A stretch of 35,451 bases of DNA, taken from positions 1-35,451 of the forward strand of contig JBKBWB010000001.1 of NCBI GenBank assembly GCA_046289215.1, written 5' to 3'. The DNA comes from Asticcacaulis sp. Its GTDB lineage: Bacteria; Pseudomonadota; Alphaproteobacteria; Caulobacterales; Caulobacteraceae. The notes beneath the pieces are model-generated. The model saw nothing but the letters and a program-made list of their open reading frames with translations, ran no database searches and was not told the origin of the DNA. Positions 1 to 9,831 of this stretch are shown piece by piece. Within the stretch, counting starts at the first letter, position 1, and each line of letters opens with the position of its first letter. The position numbers and the translations under genes were made by a program.

Positions 1-858
1 CTGCGTCCCGTTGGGTTCAAGTACCGGTCCAAGCGTCCGGAAGCCGCCTGGCGTAACGGATGGGACTGGGCGCTGTTTGCCGGGGGCTTTATCCCGGCGC
101 TGGTGTTCGGTGTGGCTGTTGGCAATGTGTTGTCCGGCGCGCCCTTTTCCTTCGACAGTGACCTGCGCATGACCTGGGGGGCCGGGACCTTTGATGGGCT
201 TCTGGCTCTGTTCACGCCCTTTACGCTGCTGGCCGGGGTCGTGTCCGTGGCGATGCTGAGCCTTCAGGGCGCAGCCTGGCTGTCGATGAAGCTCGAACAC
301 GGGGATATGCACACCCGTGCCCGGCGTCTGGGCCAGATCGCGGCGCTGGTGACGATGGTCGGCTATGCCGGGGGCTATCTGTTCCTGCGGTATGGCGGGC
401 TTGGGTTCGAGGTGGTCGGGGCTGTGGATCCGGCCGGGGCCTCTAACCCGCTCAAGGCCACCGTGGTGCCTGCGGCCGGGGCCTGGCTGAAAAACTACAG
501 CCTTTATCCCTGGATGTGGGCGGCGCCTGCACTCGGGTTCGGGGGCGCGCTTCTGGCGCTGCTGGCTCTGACGTTCAAGGTCGACGGGCTGGCCTTTGCC
601 GGGTCAAGCCTGACAGTGACCGGGATCATCGCCAGTGTCGGGGCCTCGATGTTCCCGATCATCCTGCCCAGCACGACGAATGCCAATTCCAGCCTTCTGG
701 TCTGGACGGCCTCCAGCTCGGAACTGACGCTCAAGATCATGCTAGTCGTGACGCTGATCTTCTTGCCGCTGGTGCTGCTCTATACCGGTTGGGTCTATAA
801 GGTTTTGTTTGGTCGCATCAGCACCGAACAGGTCCGCACCCAGTCTGATCTCTACTAA
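1..858 (+). CDS. cydB: Cytochrome bd ubiquinol oxidase subunit II (5'-truncated by window edge)
   Basis: Frame is open from base 1 (LRPVGFKYRSK...WDWALFAGGF), which is typical CydB sequence. It is multi-pass hydrophobic, contains FPIILPS and WTASSS near the C-terminus, and is followed by cydX. Confidence 0.96.
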   Translation: MRPVGFKYRSKRPEAAWRNGWDWALFAGGFIPALVFGVAVGNVLSGAPFSFDSDLRMTWGAGTFDGLLALFTPFTLLAGVVSVAMLSLQGAAWLSMKLEHGDMHTRARRLGQIAALVTMVGYAGGYLFLRYGGLGFEVVGAVDPAGASNPLKATVVPAAGAWLKNYSLYPWMWAAPALGFGGALLALLALTFKVDGLAFAGSSLTVTGIIASVGASMFPIILPSTTNANSSLLVWTASSSELTLKIMLVVTLIFLPLVLLYTGWVYKVLFGRISTEQVRTQSDLY

Positions 859-884
859 GTCGCCAAACCAAAGGAGCCTGAAAC

Positions 885-1004
885 ATGTGGTATTTTGCCT
901 GGATCCTCGGGGTTGGCCTGGCGGTCAGCCTTGGTATTCTCAACGGGATGTGGTTTGAAATGAACCACGGGGCCGATGAGCCGGTAGATAATCCTGAAGG
1001 CTGA
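885..1004 (+). CDS. cydX: Cytochrome bd oxidase small subunit CydX (39 aa)
   Basis: Translated by hand as MWYFAWILGVGLAVSLGILNGMWFEMNHGADEPVDNPEG. The MWYFAWILG start is diagnostic. SD AAGGAG lies at 871-876, directly after cydB. Too short for the ORF track. Confidence 0.96.
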   Translation: MWYFAWILGVGLAVSLGILNGMWFEMNHGADEPVDNPEG

Positions 1005-1021
1005 CGGTTGCTTGGCCGGCC

Positions 1022-1909
1022 TTAGTGGTCAGCCAACGCAATTGCGCCAAGCAATCCAGCCCGGTCACCAAGTGTGGCCGGGCTGATGATTTTAGAAATA
1101 GACTCAAGGCTGCGCGCGGGCGCAAGATAGCCCTTGAGATGCTCAAAAGTTGAAGCTCGCGCGGCCTTGAGTACAGCAGGATGTAATCCTACTCCACCCC
1201 CAACGCGTATGCTGCGCACCGCAAGGGTCAGCAACAGATTGGAGAAAAGCTGACCCAGATAATAACCTGTCAAATCCCAAACGGGATGGTCAGCTGCCAG
1301 GGCCTCTCCGGGCTGGCCCGTCCGCGCCGCGATTGCCGGACCACAGGCGAGCCCTTCGAGGCAATCTCCATGAAAAGGGCAATGTCCCTGATATGGATCG
1401 TCTGGGTGGCGTTGAACCCGGATATGGCCCGCTTCCGGGTGCATTAATCCGTGGACCGGACGACCATGAATCAAAAGGCCGACGCCAATTCCAGTCCCGA
1501 CGGTGACATAGGCCAAACTGTCGGAGTCTGCCTCAGGGTCCCAACGCGCTTCCCCTAAGGCTGCGCCATTAACGTCCGTATCCAAAGCAATGTGAAGCGA
1601 CGGACGTTCTGCAAGGATGGCGGAAACCAAATCAAAACCGCTCCATCCCGGCTTGGGCGTATCATAAAAACGGCCATAGTCCGGAGTGCCGGGAGTCACC
1701 CCAATGGGCCCAAAACTGGCTATACCCAGGCGTTCAGCCTTACCAAAGCGCTGTTCGAGCGTCTCAAGCGCGCGTAGTGCAGCGGTTACCGTGGCTTGGG
1801 GCTCCGTCGTGGGGATCACGATGGGCTGACCCAGAATATCGCGTGATTGTGCATCACTTAGGGCGACTACGACCTTTGTACCGCCAAGTTCCAGTCCGGC
1901 TAGACGCAT
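1022..1909 (-). CDS. ROK-family sugar kinase (fructokinase-like)
   Basis: Motifs ELGGTK, GIASFGP, DTDVNGAALGE, YVTVGTGIG, HPEAGH and CPFHGDCLEGLACGPAI. Lies downstream of a sucrose hydrolase. Confidence 0.92.
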   Translation of the reverse strand: MRLAGLELGGTKVVVALSDAQSRDILGQPIVIPTTEPQATVTAALRALETLEQRFGKAERLGIASFGPIGVTPGTPDYGRFYDTPKPGWSGFDLVSAILAERPSLHIALDTDVNGAALGEARWDPEADSDSLAYVTVGTGIGVGLLIHGRPVHGLMHPEAGHIRVQRHPDDPYQGHCPFHGDCLEGLACGPAIAARTGQPGEALAADHPVWDLTGYYLGQLFSNLLLTLAVRSIRVGGGVGLHPAVLKAARASTFEHLKGYLAPARSLESISKIISPATLGDRAGLLGAIALADH

Positions 1910-1922
1910 CGTCAGGATTTCC

Positions 1923-3797
1923 TCAGGGAGCAGGGCTAATCGTAGCAGGCTCCAGAGTCCAGATCAGCCCGTAAGGGGCAATCTGGTTGGTCTCAGGGAC
2001 ATGAGCCTGTCCGGTCAGAATGCGACCAGTTATGGATACAGGCCGCGGTTTATCGCTGAAATTAGCCGTGCAGACAAAGGTCTCTCCGGTAACGAGCGGC
2101 CGTCTCAGGATCAAAATAGCTGGATCAGAGCTCGGTTTCACAACCTGTCCTACGTCAAAAGCGAGGCCATTTAGAATGCGAGCATATTCACTCAGGCCTT
2201 TGAAAATAATGGCTTCGGTACTTTGCACATCGTGTCGCTTTTCGGCCTTTTGCCAATCCATGCTCGGTCGATGAAGCCAGCGGATTTCATCACGCCGATC
2301 CGGATCGTCTAAAAAGCCATAGTCATTCTCTAGGGCGATCTCATCGCCCATATAAAGTAAGGGAATGCCTTCTTGAGCATAGGTCACGCCGTACATGAGT
2401 AACAAACGTTGTGGCATCATGGGATCGTTATGCCCGCCACATAAACTGGCAGCCATGCCGCAGCCAGAAGCCGGAAAGCCTGGGGGGGCCTGAAACGTCA
2501 TGCCCTTGGCGAAGCTAGAGTCCTTGCCGGCAAAGAAGTCTGACCAGCCCTTAAGACGGTCATGCGAGGCCAGATCTGAAAGGGCAAGCCAGATTATGTC
2601 ATCATGGCAACGAACATAATTGAGCCACTGTCCGTGGTCGGGTTTGGTCGCCGCCGCATTCAGGGTTTGGGCGAGAAGATCCGTGGACTGATCGGCTATA
2701 GCTCCCCATAGAGCCGTCATCACGCTGTTATTATAAGCCAGATCACACTCGGGTGCCTCAGGGACACCAAAGAACGGCAGAACCGCTTCTTGAGACTCTA
2801 TCGCTTCAGCGAGCAAAATCGTTTGTGGCGCTACGGCGTTGATAAGTATCCGCATGGCCTGGATAATCAGATGCGTTTCGGGGCGATTACGACACGCTGT
2901 TCCCGGTTGCTTCCAAAGGAAAGGCGTTGAGTCCAAGCGAAAGCCGTCAACGCCAATATTGGCTAAAAATAACAAGCAATCCAACATTTCCACAAAGACG
3001 CGGGGGTTGGCATAATTCAAATCCCACTGGAAAGGGTAAAAAGTCGTCCACACCCAGCCTTTGGCCTCTGGGATAAACGTAAAGTTTCCCGGAGCTGTTT
3101 CAGGGAACACGTCCTGAAGGTGGGCCTCCCATGATTCAAATTCGGCTGAGGTCTGAATAACGTGATAAAAGTCAGCAAAATATGGATCTCCGGCAAGCAT
3201 AGCCTGAGCCCATCGGTGTTCGCGTGCCGTATGATTACAAACCATATCAATGATCAAGGCCATATCTCGGTCGTGCACGGCTTCAGCGAATTTACTCAAG
3301 TCATCGAGTGATCCCAATCTTGGATCGACATCGCGATAATCAGCAACGGCAAAACCACCATCTGAGTCCCCTTCGCGGGGCTTTAGCAAAGGCAGAGGGT
3401 GAACAATGCCAACATTCAAAGATTTCAGATAATCCAGATGCGTGACAGCACCCGCAATATTGCCGCCAAACCGGTCGATATAGGTGCAATAGGCTGGACG
3501 GCCAGGGCGTAGTGCACTTGGAACAGTCCCGGATAAAGCTTCATCTCGCAATTTGAGCGCAATTGGCCGTGTTTCTTTTGCGGCTATGACGCGGGCATGC
3601 AAATCCGCCCATGCGCTGACCCAATTAGGATGATCCTCGTAAAGAGTTTTGAGTAAATTCTCGGACCTGGCGAGGGCATCGTTTACCCGTGCGGTTAAGG
3701 GTGTCTCTGAACACAAGGCCTGAGAAGATTGCGACAGGTTTGGTTCCTTATCGTTTAATCCTGCTGCAGACACGTGCATAACCAACCTCTTCGCCAT
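1923..3797 (-). CDS. GH13 amylosucrase / sucrose hydrolase (SuxB/SUH-like)
   Basis: Motifs DGGFAVADY, NHTA, WTTFYPFQWDLNY, RLDSTPF (nucleophile Asp), AEAI (acid/base Glu) and RCHDDI. Sits in a TBDR-MFS-LacI-ROK context. Confidence 0.9.
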   Translation of the reverse strand: MAKRLVMHVSAAGLNDKEPNLSQSSQALCSETPLTARVNDALARSENLLKTLYEDHPNWVSAWADLHARVIAAKETRPIALKLRDEALSGTVPSALRPGRPAYCTYIDRFGGNIAGAVTHLDYLKSLNVGIVHPLPLLKPREGDSDGGFAVADYRDVDPRLGSLDDLSKFAEAVHDRDMALIIDMVCNHTAREHRWAQAMLAGDPYFADFYHVIQTSAEFESWEAHLQDVFPETAPGNFTFIPEAKGWVWTTFYPFQWDLNYANPRVFVEMLDCLLFLANIGVDGFRLDSTPFLWKQPGTACRNRPETHLIIQAMRILINAVAPQTILLAEAIESQEAVLPFFGVPEAPECDLAYNNSVMTALWGAIADQSTDLLAQTLNAAATKPDHGQWLNYVRCHDDIIWLALSDLASHDRLKGWSDFFAGKDSSFAKGMTFQAPPGFPASGCGMAASLCGGHNDPMMPQRLLLMYGVTYAQEGIPLLYMGDEIALENDYGFLDDPDRRDEIRWLHRPSMDWQKAEKRHDVQSTEAIIFKGLSEYARILNGLAFDVGQVVKPSSDPAILILRRPLVTGETFVCTANFSDKPRPVSITGRILTGQAHVPETNQIAPYGLIWTLEPATISPAP

Positions 3798-3823
3798 GGA
3801 ACAGGTCTCATGCTAGCTTATTA

Positions 3824-3837
3824 TGAAAACGATTACA
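3824..3837. promoter_or_regulatory. Putative LacI-family operator TGAAAACGATTACA
   Basis: CG-centred imperfect palindrome 26 nt upstream of the GH13 start. Resembles the site at 3999-4012. Confidence 0.6.
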
Positions 3838-3998
3838 AGAATATGGGGAAATGGGGATAAGCCGACGAGCGCACGAATGGGATCTTTCAATATTTTTTAT
3901 TCCATATAAACAATGATATAAAGTGTTCTTGGTTGTGGTGTCGCGCCCGTGTTTTTCTGCTCAGGGCCCGAAATAAGGAGCAAATTACGTAATTAACT

Positions 3999-4012
3999 TG
4001 TAAACGTTTGCA
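3999..4012. promoter_or_regulatory. Putative LacI-family operator TGTAAACGTTTGCA
   Basis: Near-perfect CG-centred palindrome upstream of the TBDR. A LacI repressor is encoded in the locus. Confidence 0.7.
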
Positions 4013-4174
4013 GCTGTGGCATATTGCGGTTCTGTGAGGTGGCTTTGACGGAGAGCGTCATAACGCTAACCCCACACGTAAGGGAGAACGAAGAAATGCT
4101 TCGTCGCTCTGTATCAAATGACAATCTGGCCAGGGATGACGTTAAATGATCGCCCGGCACAGGAGGAAACACAG

Positions 4175-6613
4175 ATGACTCTCAAGACGTCGACGTCCAG
4201 CCTTGCTCTTCTGTCCGGCCTTATCCTTGCGCTCAGCACACCGGTTTTGGCAAAAGACACGAGTCAAAATTTTGATGAACCCGTGACCGAAGTGGTTGTT
4301 ACGGGCGTTACTAAGGGCACGAATAAACTCAACACCTCGATTTCTGTAAGCTCCATTCAGATTGAGGAAATCCAGAAATTTGCTCCACGCTCGGCCGCAG
4401 AAATTTTCCGCAACATCCCAGGCATTCGCTCGGAATCGACCGGCGGTGAGGGGAATGCCAACATTGCCGTACGGGGCCTGCCAGTGGCAGCAGGCGGGGC
4501 TAAGTTTCTCCAGCTTCAGGAAGACGGTCTTCCGGTGCTCGAGTTCGGCGACATCGCGTTCGGAAATGCCGATATTTTCCTGAGAACAGATCTTGGCTTG
4601 GGTCGCGTTGAAGCGATCCGCGGCGGCACCGCTTCGACTTTGGCGTCAAACTCACCAGGCGGGATCATCAATATGATTTCCAAGACCGGTGGACAAAGCG
4701 GCGGTACGCTACAACTGACACAGGGTCTAGATTTTGGCCATTCGCGCGGTGATTTTGAGTTTGGCGGCGCGCTGAGCGATAAAATCGATTTTCACATCGG
4801 TGGCTTCTACCGTTCCGGTGAGGGCCCCCGTGATGCGGGCTACACTGCAAACCGTGGCGGTCAAATCAAAGCCAATTTGACCCGTAAATTCGACAATGGG
4901 TTCATCAGGGTTGGGGTTAAGTATCTGGATGACAAATCGATCGGCTATCTGCCGATGCCGATGGTGGTCAGCGGAACCAACAGTGATCCCAATTGGTCCT
5001 CGGCCCCGCGCCTTGATGCTAAGTCCGCAACCATTCATTCGGCCCTGTTCCTTCAGGACGCGGGTCTGAATGGTCAGAATAATCGCTCTGTGACAGATAT
5101 CCGCGATGGCATGGCACCCAAGAGCCTTGTGTTTAATGGCGAGGCCAATTTCGATCTCGGCAATGGCTGGAGTCTGGTCGACAAATTTCGGATCGCTAAG
5201 ACCGAAGCCAATTTCGCCTCTTTGTTCCCTGCTTCTGTAGGAACCGCTGGGAACATTCTGGCGGGCATAAACGGGGCTACAGGTGCCGGTGGGACGCGTC
5301 TGGTTGTAGCCAATGGGGCAGGGGCGGGTTCAGACTACACAGGTCTGGCCATGATCGTGCACACGTTCAATACGCGTCTCAATAGCCTGGATAACAGCGC
5401 CAACGATCTGAAATTAAGCAAGGCTTTTGATATGGATGGGTCCAAGGTCAATCTGACCTTTGGACTCTATAATTCTTCCCAGTCCATCGAAATGGACTGG
5501 ATCTGGAATAGTTACGCTATGGAAGTGGCTGGCGATAATGCCCGCCTGCTGAATGTTTTTAACGGCAACACCAACCTGTCGCAAAACGGGCTTTATGCCT
5601 ATGGCGTGCCGGTGTGGGGAAACTGCTGCACGCGAAACTATAATGTGCAGTATGACATCGTGGCACCGTATCTGTTTGCCAGTGCAGATTTTGGTCGCTT
5701 CAATGTCGAAGCGTCAGTTCGACGCGACAGCGGCGAGGCCAGTGGCAGCTATGCTGGGGCCGTGCAGATGCCGAACTTTGATGTGAATGGCGACGGGACG
5801 ATACAATTCCCGGAACGTAGCGTGTCGTTCGTAAATTATGCGGGTGCAAAGCCGGTAAACTACGATTGGAGCTATACATCCTATTCGCTGGGTGGAACCT
5901 ATCGTCATACTGACAATCTTTCGCTGTTTGCCCGCTATTCCAAGGGGGGCCGGGCGAATGCGGACCGGTTGCTGTTTGGTAAGGTCCGAGATGATGGATC
6001 GGTGGCAAAGCCGGATGCTGTTGATTTCGTGAAACAGTTCGAGGCCGGGGTAAAGTACCGCCAAGGAACACTTGCTCTTTATGTCACCGCCTTTGCTGCC
6101 GAGACAGAAGAGCAGAACTACGAGGCGACGACCCAGCGATTTATTGATCGTATCTATGAAGCCAAGGGTATCGAGCTTGAGGGTAGCTGGCGGATGGGCA
6201 ACTTCCGTGTCAACGGCGGGGCAACCTATACCAAGGCCGAAATCACCAAGGATGCCTTGTCACCGGCTCAAGTGGGCAACCGCCCCCGTCGTCAGGCGGA
6301 GTGGGTTTATCAGCTCACCCCGACCTGGTCGGTGGACCGTTATAGCCTTGGGGCGAATTTCATCGGGACCACCGATGCCTACGCCTCAGATGATAATCAG
6401 CTGGTTATGCCGGGCTATATCCAGACCAATCTGTTTGCTGATTATAAGCTGACGGAGGCCCTGACCGTGTCTCTCAATGTGAACAATGCCTTTGATGTGT
6501 TGGGGATCACCGAAGTTGAAGAGGGATCGATCACAGCCAACACCACAAACTATGTGCGGGCGCGGGCGATAAACGGCCGGACCTCGACGGTATCGTTAAA
6601 GTACCGTTTTTGA
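4175..6613 (+). CDS. TonB-dependent receptor, probable sucrose transporter (SuxA/SucA-like)
   Basis: SD AGGAGG at 4161-4166 precedes ATG 4175, preferred to 4118. Has a signal peptide, TonB box EVVVTG, plug motifs (IPGI, VRGL, VEAIRGG) and a C-terminal Phe. Confidence 0.92.
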   Translation: MTLKTSTSSLALLSGLILALSTPVLAKDTSQNFDEPVTEVVVTGVTKGTNKLNTSISVSSIQIEEIQKFAPRSAAEIFRNIPGIRSESTGGEGNANIAVRGLPVAAGGAKFLQLQEDGLPVLEFGDIAFGNADIFLRTDLGLGRVEAIRGGTASTLASNSPGGIINMISKTGGQSGGTLQLTQGLDFGHSRGDFEFGGALSDKIDFHIGGFYRSGEGPRDAGYTANRGGQIKANLTRKFDNGFIRVGVKYLDDKSIGYLPMPMVVSGTNSDPNWSSAPRLDAKSATIHSALFLQDAGLNGQNNRSVTDIRDGMAPKSLVFNGEANFDLGNGWSLVDKFRIAKTEANFASLFPASVGTAGNILAGINGATGAGGTRLVVANGAGAGSDYTGLAMIVHTFNTRLNSLDNSANDLKLSKAFDMDGSKVNLTFGLYNSSQSIEMDWIWNSYAMEVAGDNARLLNVFNGNTNLSQNGLYAYGVPVWGNCCTRNYNVQYDIVAPYLFASADFGRFNVEASVRRDSGEASGSYAGAVQMPNFDVNGDGTIQFPERSVSFVNYAGAKPVNYDWSYTSYSLGGTYRHTDNLSLFARYSKGGRANADRLLFGKVRDDGSVAKPDAVDFVKQFEAGVKYRQGTLALYVTAFAAETEEQNYEATTQRFIDRIYEAKGIELEGSWRMGNFRVNGGATYTKAEITKDALSPAQVGNRPRRQAEWVYQLTPTWSVDRYSLGANFIGTTDAYASDDNQLVMPGYIQTNLFADYKLTEALTVSLNVNNAFDVLGITEVEEGSITANTTNYVRARAINGRTSTVSLKYRF

Positions 6614-6626
6614 GAGTGATGAGCTG

Positions 6627-6651
6627 GGCGGCCTTTAGGGGCCGCCTTTTT
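6627..6651 (+). terminator. Rho-independent terminator/attenuator between TBDR and MFS genes
   Basis: GGCGGCC-TTTAGG-GGCCGCC followed by TTTTT. Confidence 0.8.
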
Positions 6652-6710
6652 CAGTTTACCAACCCGGGGAAGACCGGGCATGGTTCGCGTAAGCGGACAG
6701 GGGGAGCCCC

Positions 6711-7928
6711 ATGAGCGGGATCAAACCAGCCAATCTATTACTGATCACCGGCTTGACTTATCTGATGTTCTTGATGTTTGCCATGACCACAGATGCGGTC
6801 GGGGTGATCATTCCGGAGGTGGCACGCGAATATGGCTTGAGCAACACTCAGTCAGGCGCTTTTCATTATGCCACTATGGCCGGTATTGCCCTGGCCGGGA
6901 TTGGTCTGGGATTTCTTGCTGATGTGCTGGGTCGTAAGTGGGCTATCATTTTCGGACTTATCTTATTTGCTTTGAGCTCATTTTTATTTGCTATAGGTGA
7001 AAGCTTCTTATTTTTCGCCGGACTATTGTTCATGTCCGGACTGGCCATCGGGATCTTTAAAACGGCGGCTCTGGCTTTGATCGGTGACATTGCCCAATCG
7101 ACGGAAAGTCACACGCGGATCATGAATACCGTCGAAGGGTTTTTCGGGGTCGGCGCGATCCTGGGTCCGCTCGTCGTCACTCAGTTGTTGCTCAGCGGGG
7201 CATCGTGGAAGTGGCTCTATGTGATCGCCGGAGCCATGTGCACGCTACTGATTCTTATGGCGCTGCTGGTGCGGTACCCCGCACGCAAAGTTGCAGCCAT
7301 TGAAACCCGCGTGACCTTCGCCGGGACGGTTGCCCTGCTGCGCAACCCCTATGCATTGGCCTTTTCCGCTCTCGCAATGCTCTATGTGGGCGTTGAGACG
7401 GCGATCTATGTCTGGATGCCAACCTTACTCAAGGGTTATGACGGGCCATTTGTTACCTTGGCGCTATACGCTCTGACTATTTTTTTCGTGCTGCGGGCAG
7501 CTGGGCGCTTTTTGGGCGCGCTGATGCTGGCGCACTTAAGTTGGACGATTGTACTAGCCGTATGTTCCGGAATTATATTGATTTGTTTTCTAGTGGCTCT
7601 GGTGGGGGGGCAAGGATATGCCGTCTTCAGTTTACCGCTCTCGGGCCTGTTTATGTCTGTGATGTATCCGACGATAAACTCGAAAGGGATTTCGTGTTTT
7701 CCAAAAGCACAGCATGGATCCGCTGGTGGGATCATTCTGTTCTTCACGGCTTTGAGTGCGGTGGTCTCGCCCTTAGCCATGGGGGCGGTTTCCGACGCCT
7801 TTGGTCATGCAAGCTATGGGTTTGTACTTGCAACCTGGTTATCCGCAATCCTGTTTGCGGCACTCATGTTCAATTTGTTGCGTGACCCTGCAAAGCAGCG
7901 CCTGTCTAATCAAGATCAGGAATATTGA
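6711..7928 (+). CDS. MFS sugar transporter (FucP-like; probable inner-membrane sucrose/hexose permease)
   Basis: About 12 hydrophobic segments, motif-A-like GFLADVLGRK, and YVGVE. SD GGAG. Located in the sucrose locus. Confidence 0.88.
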   Translation: MSGIKPANLLLITGLTYLMFLMFAMTTDAVGVIIPEVAREYGLSNTQSGAFHYATMAGIALAGIGLGFLADVLGRKWAIIFGLILFALSSFLFAIGESFLFFAGLLFMSGLAIGIFKTAALALIGDIAQSTESHTRIMNTVEGFFGVGAILGPLVVTQLLLSGASWKWLYVIAGAMCTLLILMALLVRYPARKVAAIETRVTFAGTVALLRNPYALAFSALAMLYVGVETAIYVWMPTLLKGYDGPFVTLALYALTIFFVLRAAGRFLGALMLAHLSWTIVLAVCSGIILICFLVALVGGQGYAVFSLPLSGLFMSVMYPTINSKGISCFPKAQHGSAGGIILFFTALSAVVSPLAMGAVSDAFGHASYGFVLATWLSAILFAALMFNLLRDPAKQRLSNQDQEY

Positions 7929-7935
7929 GCGCGGT

Positions 7936-8961
7936 TCAGGATGAACTGCGTACGATCAAGCTGGCTGCGATGGTTGCCGAAGACGTCTTATCCCCGGCCA
8001 TGCGCCGGAACAGTAACTCAACCATAGTTCTTGCCCCTTCGTTCAGATCCTGTCTGACAGTTGTGAGGGGCGGAGACAGATTGCGAGACATGGCCACGTC
8101 GTCAAAGCCGCAGACGGCCACATCTTCAGGGACAGATCGGCCCGCTTCGATGAGTGCCGTCATCATGGCCAAGGCAATAACATCAGAGGCTGCAAAAACA
8201 GCGTCAAACTTCCGACGGGAACTCACCAATGAACGCGCTGTCTCAATGGCGGCATCTGGCGTAAAATGGCAGTCGATGACGTTTTGAGCCGTTACAGAAT
8301 GGCCTGAGGCGGCCAAGGCTTCACGGTATCCTTCCAGACGGGCCGTGACTTCTGGTACGCCTACGGGACCCAGAAACAGGATCTTCTTTCGCCCGCGAGA
8401 GATAAGATGCTCCGTAGCAAGATAACCGCCTTGGCGATTATCAACGCCCACAGTGCAATAGCTTTGATCTGGTAGCCGCTCGCCCCATACCACCATGGGG
8501 TCATATGAGCGGGCAAGCGTATTGAGCGCATCGTGCTGGTCGCTTTGCCCCAGAACAAGCATCGAATCAAACCGGTGTGATTGTACCAGGGTCTTCAACC
8601 AGCCCGGCTGAGGCGCGAGGGTCTTTGACATAAGGAGGTCATACCCCCTTCGAAAGACGGCTTCTGATAAATGCCCGATCAGCTCCAGTTGAAATGGATC
8701 CGTGACTTGCTGTTCCGTCTCATGTCCCATTGGCAATACAAGACCAATGGTGCGCGTGGACTGGAGACGAAGGTTTCTGGCCGCCTGATTAACGGCATAG
8801 CCATGTTCCTCAGCAATGGCGAGAATCCTCTGGCGCTGGGGCTCTGGCACAAGAGGGCTGCCGGACAGGGCACGCGACACCGAGGCCAGAGACACACCGG
8901 CCAGCTTGGCGATGTCGGCCATCTTGAGTCTGGTCGGACGAGCTGGGGACTTTACACGCAT
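7936..8961 (-). CDS. LacI-family transcriptional repressor (SuxR/SucR-like)
   Basis: HTH MADIAKLAGVSLASVSRAL, hinge NQAARNL, GFDD and PPLTTVRQ. Confidence 0.94.
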   Translation of the reverse strand: MRVKSPARPTRLKMADIAKLAGVSLASVSRALSGSPLVPEPQRQRILAIAEEHGYAVNQAARNLRLQSTRTIGLVLPMGHETEQQVTDPFQLELIGHLSEAVFRRGYDLLMSKTLAPQPGWLKTLVQSHRFDSMLVLGQSDQHDALNTLARSYDPMVVWGERLPDQSYCTVGVDNRQGGYLATEHLISRGRKKILFLGPVGVPEVTARLEGYREALAASGHSVTAQNVIDCHFTPDAAIETARSLVSSRRKFDAVFAASDVIALAMMTALIEAGRSVPEDVAVCGFDDVAMSRNLSPPLTTVRQDLNEGARTMVELLFRRMAGDKTSSATIAASLIVRSSS

Positions 8962-9039
8962 AACCTTCGCTTAGCCGATCCTGCACGCGCGTCAAGAAGA
9001 TGACAATTTTTGTGAGATCGTTGTCTGGTTAAGTTGGGC

Positions 9040-9831
9040 TCAAGAGGTAGACCGCAAAGCCATGCCGCTTTTGAACAGGATATAAGCAGCGACTATAAAA
9101 ATTATCATGGCAAACAATGTGTTAAGAAGTCGCTTGCTCTGACCAAGCTTCAAAGAGAGCCGGGTTCCAATCAGACCGCCCCCAAGACCGCCAACAATAA
9201 ACAAACCAGCTATCGGCCAATCAACAAGTCCTGAAAAACTATAGTTCAGGGCGGTCGACAGGCCAAAAGTGCCCACGGCCAGGAGGGAGGTGCCCACAGC
9301 CTTGATCATGGGCATACGGGTGGCCAGCATCAGGGCAGGGACAATCAGAAACCCACCGCCTATTCCAAAAAACCCGGAAGCCAGTCCGGCGATTAGCGCC
9401 AGAGCTGCGGTTCGAATACAAATCGGGCGGGTTACCACCAAGGGGCCTGTCGGGACCGCCGTGACCGGGCGCAGCATAAAGACGCCCACGGCGATCATGA
9501 TCAGCCCGAACAAAAACAGTAACATCTGTCCATCGACGGCCTTGCCGAGTGAGGACCCGAGAAGCGCGCCAACCGTCCCAAGGGCGGCAAACACCAGGGC
9601 ACACGGCCAGACCACATTGCCCTTGCGCGCATGACCGAGGAAATTGGTATAGGCATTCACGGAAACAGCCAAGGCACCTGTGCCAATGGCCATGTGCGGG
9701 TTGCTGAGGCCGACCACATAGAGCAGCAAAGGGGTCGCAAGGATCGATCCCCCACCGCCAATCAGGCCAAGTGTAAAGCCGACCAGTCCGCCGCTGAACA
9801 GTGCGCTGAGGGTTGTGTAGCTATCCGGCAT
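9040..9831 (-). CDS. Sulfite exporter TauE/SafE family membrane protein
   Basis: Duplicated GLIGGGGSIL / GFFGIGGGFLIVPAL motifs and AVGTSL. Start placed at ATG 9831 (11-nt overlap with the upstream gene) rather than 9909. Confidence 0.88.
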   Translation of the reverse strand: MPDSYTTLSALFSGGLVGFTLGLIGGGGSILATPLLLYVVGLSNPHMAIGTGALAVSVNAYTNFLGHARKGNVVWPCALVFAALGTVGALLGSSLGKAVDGQMLLFLFGLIMIAVGVFMLRPVTAVPTGPLVVTRPICIRTAALALIAGLASGFFGIGGGFLIVPALMLATRMPMIKAVGTSLLAVGTFGLSTALNYSFSGLVDWPIAGLFIVGGLGGGLIGTRLSLKLGQSKRLLNTLFAMIIFIVAAYILFKSGMALRSTS

